Assembly (NCBI GenBank): GCA_964487665.1
Contig: CAZARR010000005.1
Coordinates: 100-64,099, forward strand
Origin: an uncultured Pseudomonadales bacterium
GTDB lineage: Bacteria; Patescibacteriota; Microgenomatia; UBA1400; MFAQ01
DNA length: 64,000 nt
Direction of reading: 5' to 3'
Shown here: positions 1 through 9,607 of the stretch, piece by piece
Position numbering within the stretch: the first letter of the stretch is position 1
Layout: the number at the start of each line of letters is the position of its first letter
The notes under the pieces: model-generated
The model's input: the letters and a program-made list of their open reading frames with translations, nothing else
Database searches by the model: none
What the model was told of the DNA's origin: nothing
Program-made: the position numbers and the translations under genes

Positions 1-114
1 ATGGCGACAATTTCCTTGAGGGCGCCGTTTATGATCGGAGCTATGGTGGTAGCAATCGCGGTCTGGTTGTCGATAAAAATTTTACAAAAGCCGCATCTGG
101 TGAGAGCGTTTTGA
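1..114 (+). CDS. 3' end of a membrane protein, probably an MFS transporter (partial)
   Basis: Open frame MATISLRAPFMIGAMVVAIAVWLSIKILQKPHLVRAF* resembles an MFS last helix (xxPF motif then a hydrophobic helix); cut by the window edge. Confidence 0.5.
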   Translation: MATISLRAPFMIGAMVVAIAVWLSIKILQKPHLVRAF

Positions 115-147
115 GTGGGGATAGGCCACAATAGTTGTAAAATAGGA

Positions 148-657
148 ATGGTGATGCAGGATAAAATAAGAAAAAAAGCACAAGAAATTGCACTAAAGTT
201 TAACCCCGAGGGGATGACCCCTTTCCCATTTGAAAAACTGCAAGAACAAATCGAGGATTTGGATATTTACATTGTTGATTTGGAGGAGGGGGTGAGTGGA
301 GTAATCAGTTTTGACAAAGATGCCAATGAGTTTAGTGTTTTTGTTCACGAGGATGATCCAGAGCCAAAAAGGAATTTTACTATCGCTCATGAATTGGGAC
401 ATTATTATTTGCACGCAAGCGAGGTAAAGAGGCAAGAGGTGCTAGTGGATTATTCCCAAAAAAAAGACCCGACATCAGGCCCTTCAAAGATGGATCAGGA
501 AGCTGATCTCTTTGCCAGCGAGCTGTTGATTCCTGAACAGTTGGCGTTTAAAGCGTGGTCAGATCTAAATGATATTGGTGCATGCGCAGAAGTTTTCAAT
601 GTCCCCATTGGTCGCATGGTACGACGGTTGTCGAATTTAGGACTTTTTCAGGAATGA
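148..657 (+). CDS. ImmA/IrrE family metallopeptidase
   Basis: RNFTIAHELGH (HExxH) and EADLFASELLIP motifs; ATG at 148 or GTG at 151 follows TAAAAT. Confidence 0.85.
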   Translation: MVMQDKIRKKAQEIALKFNPEGMTPFPFEKLQEQIEDLDIYIVDLEEGVSGVISFDKDANEFSVFVHEDDPEPKRNFTIAHELGHYYLHASEVKRQEVLVDYSQKKDPTSGPSKMDQEADLFASELLIPEQLAFKAWSDLNDIGACAEVFNVPIGRMVRRLSNLGLFQE

Positions 658-1124
658 CAGACAAGATAATTTATCTTAAAAAACTAAAGACAAAGGCAAA
701 ACCTGGGTCTTTGATCACCGCCCAAAAAGGAAATGTGAAAAATTCAGCGTTGGACGAAATCGACAGAAGAAAAGAAGAATTAAAAAATCAATCTCTTGAG
801 CAGGATATTCGACTGAAAAAGAATACCTTAAATATATTATTTTTATTTTTAGGCGGAGAGACGTTGTTGGTATTTATTTATGCCTATTTGCAGGCGATAA
901 GAGCTAAGGGTTTTGCCCTGGAGGAATGGAGTTTCAAGCTGTTGATTAGCGCTACGCTGTTGCAAATTACTTACATGCTTCAGATGGCAGTGAAACACCT
1001 GTTTCCTACTTCTTCGGGTTCGAAAGGTGAAGGCGAACCAGCCGACGCAAAATCGCCCCCCCTCGCCTTAAGGGCATCGTTGAAGGTAAGATCGCAAATT
1101 TTGACTTGCTGTCTACCTTTATGA
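654..1124 (+). CDS. Hypothetical membrane protein (coiled coil plus 2 TM)
   Basis: ATGA overlap with the peptidase stop; two hydrophobic segments; 3' end uncertain because of a C7 run at 1056-1062. Confidence 0.65.
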   Translation: MTDKIIYLKKLKTKAKPGSLITAQKGNVKNSALDEIDRRKEELKNQSLEQDIRLKKNTLNILFLFLGGETLLVFIYAYLQAIRAKGFALEEWSFKLLISATLLQITYMLQMAVKHLFPTSSGSKGEGEPADAKSPPLALRASLKVRSQILTCCLPL

Positions 1125-1450
1125 TGATTCCTAGTTTTTATTACCAAGTCCGAAAGGAAAAGATGGGACGAGATGGAGACTTTTTTTATTTTCGATAGCA
1201 ATAAATGGTGTCGATGAGCCTTTCCGCTTAGCTCAGAATGGGTGATATCGAGAAAGTCCTTTGCGACGATCAGCTTGTCAGTAAAGAAATTAAAGGGGAA
1301 GCGCGAGCGAAAGGTGGCGCGTTTATGTTTTACTTGGCGTTTTTTGCTTGGGGAATACTTTACCTGCTGGCGGAGGCAACCAACAAACTGGTGAAAATTA
1401 TATTCACGGTTGATAAGTCTGTGCAAACAGCCACAACCTTGAGTTAGCAC
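980..1450 (-). CDS. Hypothetical protein, bacterial PH-like family common in CPR
   Basis: FPFNFFTDKLIV...KIKKVSISSHLFLSDLVI...LTFNDALKAR resembles a family I recall from CPR genomes; C-terminus probably frameshifted at G7. Confidence 0.5.
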   Translation of the reverse strand: MLTQGCGCLHRLINREYNFHQFVGCLRQQVKYSPSKKRQVKHKRATFRSRFPFNFFTDKLIVAKDFLDITHSELSGKAHRHHLLLSKIKKVSISSHLFLSDLVIKTRNHHKGRQQVKICDLTFNDALKARGGDFASAGSPSPFEPEEVGNRCFTAI

Positions 1451-1477
1451 CTTACTTAAATATATTAACAGGTTTTG

Positions 1478-2140
1478 CTACCAGTTGATGGGGGAAAGTC
1501 CGTTTAAGATCAAAAATGTGTTCGTTTGGCTAAAAGGGTGGCTGCCAAAAAAACCAGAATGTGCTGAAAAAGGCGATGGGTGAGCTGATTTGATCACAAG
1601 GTGTTTATCAGTGTTAATTTTTGTCCCTTTGTCTTGGGCGTATCTACCCCAGAGAATAAAGACTAAGTTATCTTTTTGGTCTGATAAATTCTGGATAACT
1701 GCGTCGGTAAATTGCTCCCAGCCCTTGTTTTGGTGTGAGCTCGGATTATTGGCGCGAACAGTGAGGGTGGCGTTGAGAAGCAGTACTCCCTGTCTGGCCC
1801 AGTCGGACAAATCACCGGACGATTTTCGCAAGATACCCAGATCGTCATAAAGCTCTTTAAATATGTTTTGCAGAGAGGGAGGCAAAGCTACGCCCGGGTT
1901 GACAGAAAATGACAGGCCATTGGCTTGTTTGGGTCCGTGATAGGGGTCCTGACCGAGAATCACCACTTTGACCTGATCAAATGGACATTGATCAAAGGCG
2001 GAAAAGATAAATTTTGCAGGCGGATAAACTTGTGTTGATCGATATTCACTTTTGACAAATTGGGTGAGTTTTTCAAAGTAATCAGAGTCAAATTCTGCAC
2101 TCAGGGCTTTTTGCCAGCTTTTTTCGATCCGAACTTGCAC
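1478..2140 (-). CDS. ung: Uracil-DNA glycosylase
   Basis: GQDPYH, GVLLLN and HPSPFS motifs; GTG at 2140 lies 7 nt after TACAAT. Confidence 0.97.
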   Translation of the reverse strand: MQVRIEKSWQKALSAEFDSDYFEKLTQFVKSEYRSTQVYPPAKFIFSAFDQCPFDQVKVVILGQDPYHGPKQANGLSFSVNPGVALPPSLQNIFKELYDDLGILRKSSGDLSDWARQGVLLLNATLTVRANNPSSHQNKGWEQFTDAVIQNLSDQKDNLVFILWGRYAQDKGTKINTDKHLVIKSAHPSPFSAHSGFFGSHPFSQTNTFLILNGLSPINW

Positions 2141-2189
2141 AAGTGTGATTGTACTAGTTTGGGTCAGTTCGGTGGGGTAGAATGTCGAT

Positions 2190-2684
2190 GTGGAACCTAA
2201 AACTGCCCAGCAACGACTTGAGAAGTATATTGCAAGGAAGGTTGCGTCAGGCCAATTGGTGGATCCTGAGGACCTGAGATTGTTGGATAGAACTCGAGTT
2301 CGCACAGAAAAGGCAGGGGGGGAGGTAAGGTTGGTGGGGGATTATCAAAATTCTGAGGGGTTTGAGTCTAGGGTTGGGGGAGGGTGTCTAGGTTGGGCAA
2401 ACGAATATTATTTGATTAGAACATCTTCGATTGTCCACCACATAGGAGTCTTTAAGGTTTTAGAAGAAGAGTATTCGTTAAGAAATATTGAAGCATTAAC
2501 AATGGAGCAGGGGTTTTGGCAAAGGGTCTTTAATTACGGTACCATCCATTTTTTCAGCCCAGTTTTAAAGCAGGAATATTATTTAAATAATATTAATCGA
2601 CCAAAGGAAGTTAGGGATTTAATTGATGGAATTGTTCACTCTAACAAGTCGGGGAAAAGTGAGAAGATTATTTTTCGTAGGTAA
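2190..2684 (+). CDS. PH-domain (bPH_2-like) protein with atypical N-terminus
   Basis: EEEYSLRNIEALTMEQGFWQRVFNYGTI is typical of bPH_2. Confidence 0.6.
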   Translation: MEPKTAQQRLEKYIARKVASGQLVDPEDLRLLDRTRVRTEKAGGEVRLVGDYQNSEGFESRVGGGCLGWANEYYLIRTSSIVHHIGVFKVLEEEYSLRNIEALTMEQGFWQRVFNYGTIHFFSPVLKQEYYLNNINRPKEVRDLIDGIVHSNKSGKSEKIIFRR

Positions 2685-2827
2685 TGATGTCAGGGGAAGG
2701 GATTGTTTGGGACACTATAATATTACTCGCTTACCCTAGTGATTTGACCGGAGTTACCGCCTAGTATTTTTAATAATATTAATAGCTAAGATTATGGAAG
2801 AGAATATATGATGTTAATATTAGAACT

Positions 2828-3919
2828 GTGAAGATTGGGATTGTCGGTTTACCGAATGTAGGGAAGAGTACGCTTTTTAATGCCCTACTAAAAAAGCAAG
2901 CGGCTTTTGCGGCCAATTTTCCTTTTGCCACCATTGAACCAAATGTGGGCGTGGTTCCTGTGCCTGATGAAAGATTGAAACAGTTGGCCAAAGTGGTCAA
3001 TACAGAGAAAATTGTTCCGGCTACGGTTGAATTTGTGGATATTGCTGGTTTGGTTAAGGGAGCGTCCAAAGGCGAGGGGTTGGGTAACAAATTTTTGTCG
3101 CATATTCGAGAAGTAAATGTAATCTGTCATGTAATTCGAGACTTTGCTGATACAAATGTAGTTCAAACAGGTAGCGGGAATGCGGTTGATGATTTCTTGG
3201 TGGTTGAAACCGAGTTACAGCTGGCAGATATGGAAACATTGCTTAAACAGACTGAACCAAAAGGAAAGGTTCAAAGGGCTGAGTTAGTTCGATTCGAGGG
3301 AATAAAAAAGTTGATTGCTGGTTTGGTGAAAGGGTTATCGGCTAGGGATGTGTTACTTTCGGATGAAGAAAGAGCCTTGACCAACGACTTAATGCTGCTT
3401 ACAGCCAAGAAGATTGTGATTGCAGTAAATATTGGCGAGGATTTGGTGGGCCAGTTTGGACTTATCGCCAAGGAAGTTGGCGAAAATTTGCAATTGGCAG
3501 GGGTGAAAGTCGAAAATACGATTGTCTTGCCGATTTGTGCAAAAATGGAGGAGGAATTAGCAGAATTCGATGATAGTGAAAAACGTAGATACTTAAAAGA
3601 GGTGGGTTTGTCTGAAACGGGATTGGAAAGGTTGATCGAGGTGTCATATGGTCAGTTGGGTTTGATCAGTTTTTTAACGGCGGGGGAGAAAGAAGTAAGA
3701 GCCTGGACTATTGTAAATGGAACCAAAGCGCCTCAGGCCGCCGGAGTGATACATTCTGACTTTGAAACGAAATTTATCAAGGCAAAGGTTTGCAATTTTG
3801 TTGATTTTATCCGCTTGGGTGGCTGGAAAAAGTCGGCCGAGGAGGGTAAGGTAAGAATTGAAGGCAAGGAATATACGATCAAAGAGGGCGATGTGGTTGA
3901 GTACATGATTGGCAGTTAG
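2828..3919 (+). CDS. ychF: Redox-regulated ATPase YchF
   Basis: GIVGLPNVGKST, DIAGLVKGAS, C-terminal TGS domain. Confidence 0.97.
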   Translation: MKIGIVGLPNVGKSTLFNALLKKQAAFAANFPFATIEPNVGVVPVPDERLKQLAKVVNTEKIVPATVEFVDIAGLVKGASKGEGLGNKFLSHIREVNVICHVIRDFADTNVVQTGSGNAVDDFLVVETELQLADMETLLKQTEPKGKVQRAELVRFEGIKKLIAGLVKGLSARDVLLSDEERALTNDLMLLTAKKIVIAVNIGEDLVGQFGLIAKEVGENLQLAGVKVENTIVLPICAKMEEELAEFDDSEKRRYLKEVGLSETGLERLIEVSYGQLGLISFLTAGEKEVRAWTIVNGTKAPQAAGVIHSDFETKFIKAKVCNFVDFIRLGGWKKSAEEGKVRIEGKEYTIKEGDVVEYMIGS

Positions 3920-3937
3920 TGCTTATTCGTGTAAAAT

Positions 3938-4228
3938 ATGGCAGCAATGAGTAAAAGTGCAGCCTACGAGTTGGTGGTGATGTTTGCCGCGGAAAAGAAC
4001 GATGTAATGGCGGAAAAGTCAGTCGCCGATAAATGTAAAAAGAATGATCTTAAGGTTCTTTCTGTCGACAAGTGGGGGGTGAAGACGCTCGCTTACCCGA
4101 TTAACAAACAAAACAAGGCTTTGTATTTGTTCTACAAACTAGAAGGTATGGGTAGTGGTGCCAAGGCATTAGCAGCCGAGTTGAAATCTGACGAGGATAT
4201 TATAAGGTATTTGTTAATTAAAAATTAA
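3938..4228 (+). CDS. rpsF: 30S ribosomal protein S6
   Basis: YEL...WGVKTLAYPI...IIRYL; rpsF-ssb-rpsR order. Confidence 0.93.
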   Translation: MAAMSKSAAYELVVMFAAEKNDVMAEKSVADKCKKNDLKVLSVDKWGVKTLAYPINKQNKALYLFYKLEGMGSGAKALAAELKSDEDIIRYLLIKN

Positions 4229-4239
4229 GGATAACAAAC

Positions 4240-4779
4240 ATGAGCGCCAGAAGTTTGAACAAAGTGATTTTGATAGGAAACTTAACTAAGGATCCTGAGC
4301 TTAGGTATACGCCTTCGGGGACAGCGGTTTGCTCTTTTAGTGTTGCCACCAATCGTGACTGGGTAGACCCGAATGGACAGAAACAGGAAGAGGTTGAGTT
4401 TACGAGAGTAGTTGCCTGGAGCAAACTGGCCGAAATTTGTTCTCAGCTATTGAATAAGGGTAGAAAGGTGTATGTTGAAGGACGTTTAAGGACAAGGGCT
4501 TGGAAGTCGCAAGATGGACAGGATAGACAAGTGACGGAGGTGGTGATAAGTGAGATGATTGCCTTAGGAGATCCAAAGGGTGGGGCTTCTTATCAGGGTG
4601 GTGAACCGACTGCTGCTTATGATGATAACGCTGTGGCAGCGGATCAGGCCACTAGCGCTGAGGCTGTTAACCCCGAAGAGGTATTTGTTCCTGATGAAGA
4701 GGTTGTCAAGGACGAAAAACCACCCAAAACCAAGAAAAAAAGTATGGCTGAAGAAGTGGCCGACGATATTCCGTTCTAA
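4240..4779 (+). CDS. ssb: Single-stranded DNA-binding protein
   Basis: LNKVILIGNLTKDPELRYT; C-terminal DDIPF. Confidence 0.98.
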   Translation: MSARSLNKVILIGNLTKDPELRYTPSGTAVCSFSVATNRDWVDPNGQKQEEVEFTRVVAWSKLAEICSQLLNKGRKVYVEGRLRTRAWKSQDGQDRQVTEVVISEMIALGDPKGGASYQGGEPTAAYDDNAVAADQATSAEAVNPEEVFVPDEEVVKDEKPPKTKKKSMAEEVADDIPF

Positions 4780-4791
4780 TTTATAGATAAT

Positions 4792-5025
4792 ATGCAACCA
4801 ATAAAGAAAAAAATAAGAAGAAGTAACAAGCCGTGCTATTACTGCACTGCAAAGACAGAACCTGATTACAAAAATATTGAAAGTTTACAGGTGGCTCTGT
4901 CTAATAAACAGAGGATAGTATCAAGATTATTAACTGGCGTATGCCAAAAACACCAGAGGCGCGTGGCTCGGGAAATAAAGCGGTCGCGACATCTGGCTTT
5001 TCTTCCTTTTGTGGGTAGGCTTTAA
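4792..5025 (+). CDS. rpsR: 30S ribosomal protein S18
   Basis: CYYC...DYK...TGVCQKHQRRVAREIKRSR. Confidence 0.95.
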   Translation: MQPIKKKIRRSNKPCYYCTAKTEPDYKNIESLQVALSNKQRIVSRLLTGVCQKHQRRVAREIKRSRHLAFLPFVGRL

Positions 5026-6260
5026 TGAAGTTGTCCAAGATTAGATCTGCCCTAATAATCTTGATTTTGGTTTTGCTTTCTGGTGGAATAGGATTTTCTC
5101 AGGGCAAAAAAAGTGTTTTGGTAAGAATCTCGGATGGCAAGTCGTCCTCGTTGATTGAAGACAAAAGTGCTGCGGCTAATCTAGATTTGTTTTGGGAGGT
5201 TTGGCACAAACTAGAAAGAAGTTACTTGGAACCGTCGGCCATTGATACCAAAAAAATGGTTTACGGAGCTATCAAGGGGATGACTGCAGCTTTGGATGAT
5301 CCATACACATCCTTCTTGCCACCGACGGATAACAATAGAACCAAGGAGGATTTATCTGGTGAGTTTAATGGGATTGGAATCCAACTTGGTTTTATCGAAA
5401 AGACTTTGGCTGTAATGTCGCCGCTTCCTAACAATCCTGCGATTAAGGCAGGGATTAGATCACGTGACTTAATTCTAAAAATAAAAGATAGTGAAAAAAA
5501 CATCGATAAGGACACCCAAGGGATGAGCTTGTCCGAGGCAATGGAGTTAATCAGGGGTAAAAAGGGTACAAGCGTAACCTTAACGGTCCTGCACGAGGGG
5601 GATAAGGAAACGAAGGAAATAAGTGTGATACGAGACACGATTAATGTGGTCTCGGTTGAATTGGTGTGGAAAGAAAATAGTGTGGGTAAAAAAGTGGCGT
5701 GGTTAAAAGTGTTAAGGTTTGGTGAGAAGACGACTTCCGAGTGGGAGAAGGCGGTGGGCGAGGTTGCAATGAAACGAAAAAGCGATAGCAGGTTTGGTGG
5801 AGTTGTCTTGGACTTGAGAAACAATCCAGGAGGATTTTTAAAGGGTGCAGTTGATTTGGCCTCGGAGTTTGTCGCTGATGGGGTGATTGTTCAGCAACAG
5901 GGTAAGGATACTACGGAAAAGTTTGAAGTCGATAGACAGGGGAAATTAATTGGTGTACCACTTGTAATTTTAGTTAATCAGGGATCTGCAAGTGCGAGCG
6001 AGATATTGGCTGGAGCATTACGCGAGAGACTGGGTGTAAAAATTGTGGGCGAGAATACATTCGGAAAGGGCACGGTTCAAGAGGCTCAGGAACTTGCGGG
6101 TGGCGCCGGCCTTCATGTGACAGTAGCTCGATGGCTATTGCCATCTGGTAAAAATATTCACAAAGAAGGATTAAAGCCTGATATTGAAATAAAGTACCAA
6201 GCCAAAGAGGGAGATTCCGAGTATGATAATCAGATTGATCGAGCGGTTGAAATTTTGTAG
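5025..6260 (+). CDS. ctpA: Carboxyl-terminal processing protease (S41, PDZ)
   Basis: DLRNNPGG, SASASE, FGKG motifs; N-terminal anchor. Confidence 0.93.
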   Translation: MKLSKIRSALIILILVLLSGGIGFSQGKKSVLVRISDGKSSSLIEDKSAAANLDLFWEVWHKLERSYLEPSAIDTKKMVYGAIKGMTAALDDPYTSFLPPTDNNRTKEDLSGEFNGIGIQLGFIEKTLAVMSPLPNNPAIKAGIRSRDLILKIKDSEKNIDKDTQGMSLSEAMELIRGKKGTSVTLTVLHEGDKETKEISVIRDTINVVSVELVWKENSVGKKVAWLKVLRFGEKTTSEWEKAVGEVAMKRKSDSRFGGVVLDLRNNPGGFLKGAVDLASEFVADGVIVQQQGKDTTEKFEVDRQGKLIGVPLVILVNQGSASASEILAGALRERLGVKIVGENTFGKGTVQEAQELAGGAGLHVTVARWLLPSGKNIHKEGLKPDIEIKYQAKEGDSEYDNQIDRAVEIL

Positions 6261-6284
6261 AGATTAAGGTTTAATGGTGTTCTG

Positions 6285-7454
6285 ATGAGAAACTTTTTTT
6301 TAGGTTTGTTGTTGTCGGTTTTGGTGTTGTTTTCGGCGGTAGGCGGAGCTTTGGCTGACAGATTGTTTGTGATTAGGCCATTGGACTCCTTGGTGGCCAG
6401 AGTAGATAGCCGGTCGGTGGTGGGGGGAAGTAAAAATAGAGGAGGAGATGTAAAAGTAATTACGGAACAAAATCTGGTAATTGACGTTGCCAAAAAGGCT
6501 AGTCCGGCGGTAGTTACCGTAAGTGTGGTTGCAAAGACAATGCCGATGCAGGGTTTTAGTATCGGACCATTTGGTAGGATACAGTTCCCCGATGCCAAGG
6601 AGGAGCAGATTAAGCGTGATATCGGAAGTGGTTTTATTATTAGTAAGGACGGGTTAGTGGTGACAAACAGACATGTGGTGTCGGAGCAGAATGTTTCTTA
6701 CAAGGTGGTGACAAAGGATGACAAAGAGTACGAAGTAAAGAACATCTACCGTGATCCTGTAAATGATTTGGCAATCCTAAAAATTGATGGTGGAAATAAA
6801 ACTTTTGACAGTGTCGAGATGGGGGATTCCGATACTTTGCAAGTGGGGCAATATGTGGTGGCGATTGGGACTGCTTTAGGCGAATTTCGGCACACAGTAA
6901 CCCAGGGAGTAATTTCGGGTTTAGGGCGAGGCATAACTGCTGGAGATGGACTGGGGCAGTCAGTCGAACAGCTGGACAATATAATCCAAACTGACGCGGC
7001 TATTAATCCTGGTAATTCGGGTGGTCCGTTGTTGAATTCTGAGGGGCAAGTGATCGGGGTAAACGCGGCAATGGCGGGAAATGCACAAAGTGTTGGGTTT
7101 GCTATTCCTATTAATGTAGTCAAGGAATCAATTGATAATTTCGCCAAGAGTGGAGAATTTAACCGTGCCTTTTTTGGGGTAAGGTACCAGATGATAGATA
7201 GAGAGACCGCATTACTTAACAAATTACCCGAGGGAGCTTATGTAGTAGAAGTGGTGGCAAACTCATCGGCCGAAAAAGCTGGAATAGAAAAAGGTGACAT
7301 CTTGGTCTCTGTTGAAGGAACAAGGGTGGGGGAGATAAAGGGAGGTTTGGCGGGGGCTATTTCCAAGAAAAAAGTGGGTGACGTAGTTACAGTCGAATAT
7401 TGGAGGGATGGGAGTACAAAAGAAGTAAAAGTTACTTTGAAAGTAGCTGAGTAG
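6285..7454 (+). CDS. htrA: HtrA/DegP serine protease with PDZ
   Basis: [22 protein letters not shown]. Confidence 0.93.
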   Translation: MRNFFLGLLLSVLVLFSAVGGALADRLFVIRPLDSLVARVDSRSVVGGSKNRGGDVKVITEQNLVIDVAKKASPAVVTVSVVAKTMPMQGFSIGPFGRIQFPDAKEEQIKRDIGSGFIISKDGLVVTNRHVVSEQNVSYKVVTKDDKEYEVKNIYRDPVNDLAILKIDGGNKTFDSVEMGDSDTLQVGQYVVAIGTALGEFRHTVTQGVISGLGRGITAGDGLGQSVEQLDNIIQTDAAINPGNSGGPLLNSEGQVIGVNAAMAGNAQSVGFAIPINVVKESIDNFAKSGEFNRAFFGVRYQMIDRETALLNKLPEGAYVVEVVANSSAEKAGIEKGDILVSVEGTRVGEIKGGLAGAISKKKVGDVVTVEYWRDGSTKEVKVTLKVAE

Positions 7455-8352
7455 TGTCGAGGAAGACTTGGTCAAGATCGCCTTCGATGATTTCCTTGAG
7501 ACTGTACCAGCTTTTATCTATGCGATGGTCAGTGAGTCGGTTTTGAGAAAAGTTGTAAGTTTTAATTTTTTCTGATCGCATACCCGAACCTATGGCGCTG
7601 CGACCTTGTTGAATTGTTTTCTGGCGTTCCAAGTCCTGCATTTCCCATAGTTTTGAGCGAAGTAGGTCAAGAGCTATTTCGCGGTTACGAAATTGGTTTC
7701 GCTCTTCACGGACACTTATTATGATATTGGTTGGTTTGTGAAGTAACCGGACGGCGGTATTGACTTTGTTGACGTTTTGACCCCCCGGGCCGCCGGCTCG
7801 AGAAAACTGCCATTCTAAATCAGATTCGACAACTTCGAGTAATTTGGCGCTAATTTGTGGAAGTACGGCTACGGTGGCGGTAGAGGTGTGGACTCGTCCC
7901 TGAGATTCTGTCTCGGGAACGCGTTGAACACGATGGACACCTGCCTCGATAATGAATGTGTCATACGGTGAGTCGGGCCAGTCAGTTTTTGAACCCTGGC
8001 TAATTTTGAATATGTTTTCGTCCAGTAGCTCGGTTACAAAACGGTGCTTTTCGCAAAAGCGAAGATACATTCGCATTAGATCGCTAGCAAATATTTTGGC
8101 TTCGTCTCCTCCAGTAGCTGGCCTAATTTCCAGTATGGCAGGGTAACGAGTGGTTAACGCGTCAACAGATTGATTGTCGTCAGATTGATTAACGGCGGGC
8201 TGAGACCCCTGTTGTAGTTGTTCGATTTGTTTTTGCAAACGGGCAATTTCTTCTGTGGCAAGACTAGCAAATTCGGTATCCTTAAGTAGAGACTGATTTC
8301 GAGCGATCTCGGCTTGCAAGCGAGATATTTCCTGTTGCAGGTAGTCAATCAT
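7432..8352 (-). CDS. prfA: Peptide chain release factor 1 (short N-domain)
   Basis: GGQ motif; PET (PxT) anticodon motif in RVQRVPETE. Confidence 0.92.
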   Translation of the reverse strand: MIDYLQQEISRLQAEIARNQSLLKDTEFASLATEEIARLQKQIEQLQQGSQPAVNQSDDNQSVDALTTRYPAILEIRPATGGDEAKIFASDLMRMYLRFCEKHRFVTELLDENIFKISQGSKTDWPDSPYDTFIIEAGVHRVQRVPETESQGRVHTSTATVAVLPQISAKLLEVVESDLEWQFSRAGGPGGQNVNKVNTAVRLLHKPTNIIISVREERNQFRNREIALDLLRSKLWEMQDLERQKTIQQGRSAIGSGMRSEKIKTYNFSQNRLTDHRIDKSWYSLKEIIEGDLDQVFLDTTQLLSK

Positions 8353-8377
8353 AGATTAGTTTGATTGTAAGGGAAAC

Positions 8378-8677
8378 TTACTTGGGTTGCACCTTGGCGG
8401 AGGTAAGCATGTCTTTGAGGCTGTGAAATTCTGGTTGGGGAGCGTTGCGCTGATTTTTCTTTTTTGTGTAATTGACAGCAGCCGCTTGCCTTTTGAGGAA
8501 TTTATCAACATTGCCCAGAGTGTCGACAAACTTCAATTCTCCAGTAAAGAAAGGGTGACACTTGGAGCAAATATCTACGGTTATTGCTGGTAAAGTGGAA
8601 CCGGTGACAAAAGTGTTACCGCAGGCACATTTGACGGCACAATCGGTGTGGTATTGGGGGTGAGTATTGGCTTTCAC
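8378..8677 (-). CDS. rpmE: 50S ribosomal protein L31
   Basis: [21 protein letters not shown]. Confidence 0.96.
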   Translation of the reverse strand: MKANTHPQYHTDCAVKCACGNTFVTGSTLPAITVDICSKCHPFFTGELKFVDTLGNVDKFLKRQAAAVNYTKKKNQRNAPQPEFHSLKDMLTSAKVQPK

Positions 8678-8686
8678 GAGGTCAAA

Positions 8687-9607
8687 TTATAGCACACGGG
8701 GTTTGCGTTCGGAGAAAAATACCCCGAAAATAATGGCCACAAAACAAAGCATGGTAAACAAAGATACTGATTCTTTTAGCCAGAAAAAGGCGAGAGGAAT
8801 TGTAAAAACAGGTTCAAGGTAAGTGAAAATGGCGGCTTTAGAGGCGGGAATAGCTTTTTGCCCCTCGGTGCGTGCCCAAAAACTGATTAGAGAGCCAAAA
8901 ATTGCCATATACAAAATTCCAGGAACAGAGATAAGTAAGTTGTCAAGGTTAAGCGGGGTAGAAGCTGGGAAGGCGTTTATCAAGGCCAAGACCGCAAAGA
9001 TAGGAAGACTAACTAGGTATGAAACTAGACTCACGTGAGTAGAATCGGGTTTGATTTTTTTGGCATAAATTAAATATGCGACCCAAAAAATGTTACTAAG
9101 AATAATTAGTATGTTTCCGGCAAGAGATTTGATGGCCAATGGATAAAAGTGTCCATCAATAATTAGCGGTGAAAGTGCCACACCTAGTGTAGCTACAGTG
9201 GCGATTGCCAGCCCGATCTTCTCATTTCTATTAATGCGTTCTTTTAGAAATAGACTGCTAGCTGCAACAGCTAGTAGTGGACTAGAGGCGGCAATTATTG
9301 CTGCCTCAAGAGAGCTTGTGAGTGTTAACCCTAGGAATAATGGAATTAAACAAAGCGGAATACCAAGGATACCTAATAATATTAGTGGGGGTAATTGTTT
9401 AAGTCTTAATTTTGGTCCGTTAAATAGGAATAAATAATAATAAAGAGTCACCATACCGGCAATTGCGAATCGAAAAAGAAGAAAGTATGAAAGGGAAATC
9501 GAATTAAGGGTGTGTTTAATAATTGGGGGTGCAATTCCCCAAAGAAATGCGGAAATAAGGAGCAACGCATACGATCGTGAAATGGGAGAGTTAATTGTAG
9601 AAGACAT
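8687..9607 (-). CDS. DMT/EamA family transporter
   Basis: About 10 TM helices in two EamA repeats (LFLKER, YLEPVF). Confidence 0.9.
   Translation of the reverse strand: MSSTINSPISRSYALLLISAFLWGIAPPIIKHTLNSISLSYFLLFRFAIAGMVTLYYYLFLFNGPKLRLKQLPPLILLGILGIPLCLIPLFLGLTLTSSLEAAIIAASSPLLAVAASSLFLKERINRNEKIGLAIATVATLGVALSPLIIDGHFYPLAIKSLAGNILIILSNIFWVAYLIYAKKIKPDSTHVSLVSYLVSLPIFAVLALINAFPASTPLNLDNLLISVPGILYMAIFGSLISFWARTEGQKAIPASKAAIFTYLEPVFTIPLAFFWLKESVSLFTMLCFVAIIFGVFFSERKPRVL

Noticed and set aside
1238-1447. 69-aa + strand ORF with a hydrophobic stretch
   Set aside because: It overlaps the better-supported - strand PH-like ORF; not fully excluded
7432-8352. Short RF1 (also short PheT, TlyA, YebC, HolB) as pseudogenes
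   Set aside because: Frames and catalytic motifs are intact; domain trimming is usual in reduced CPR genomes
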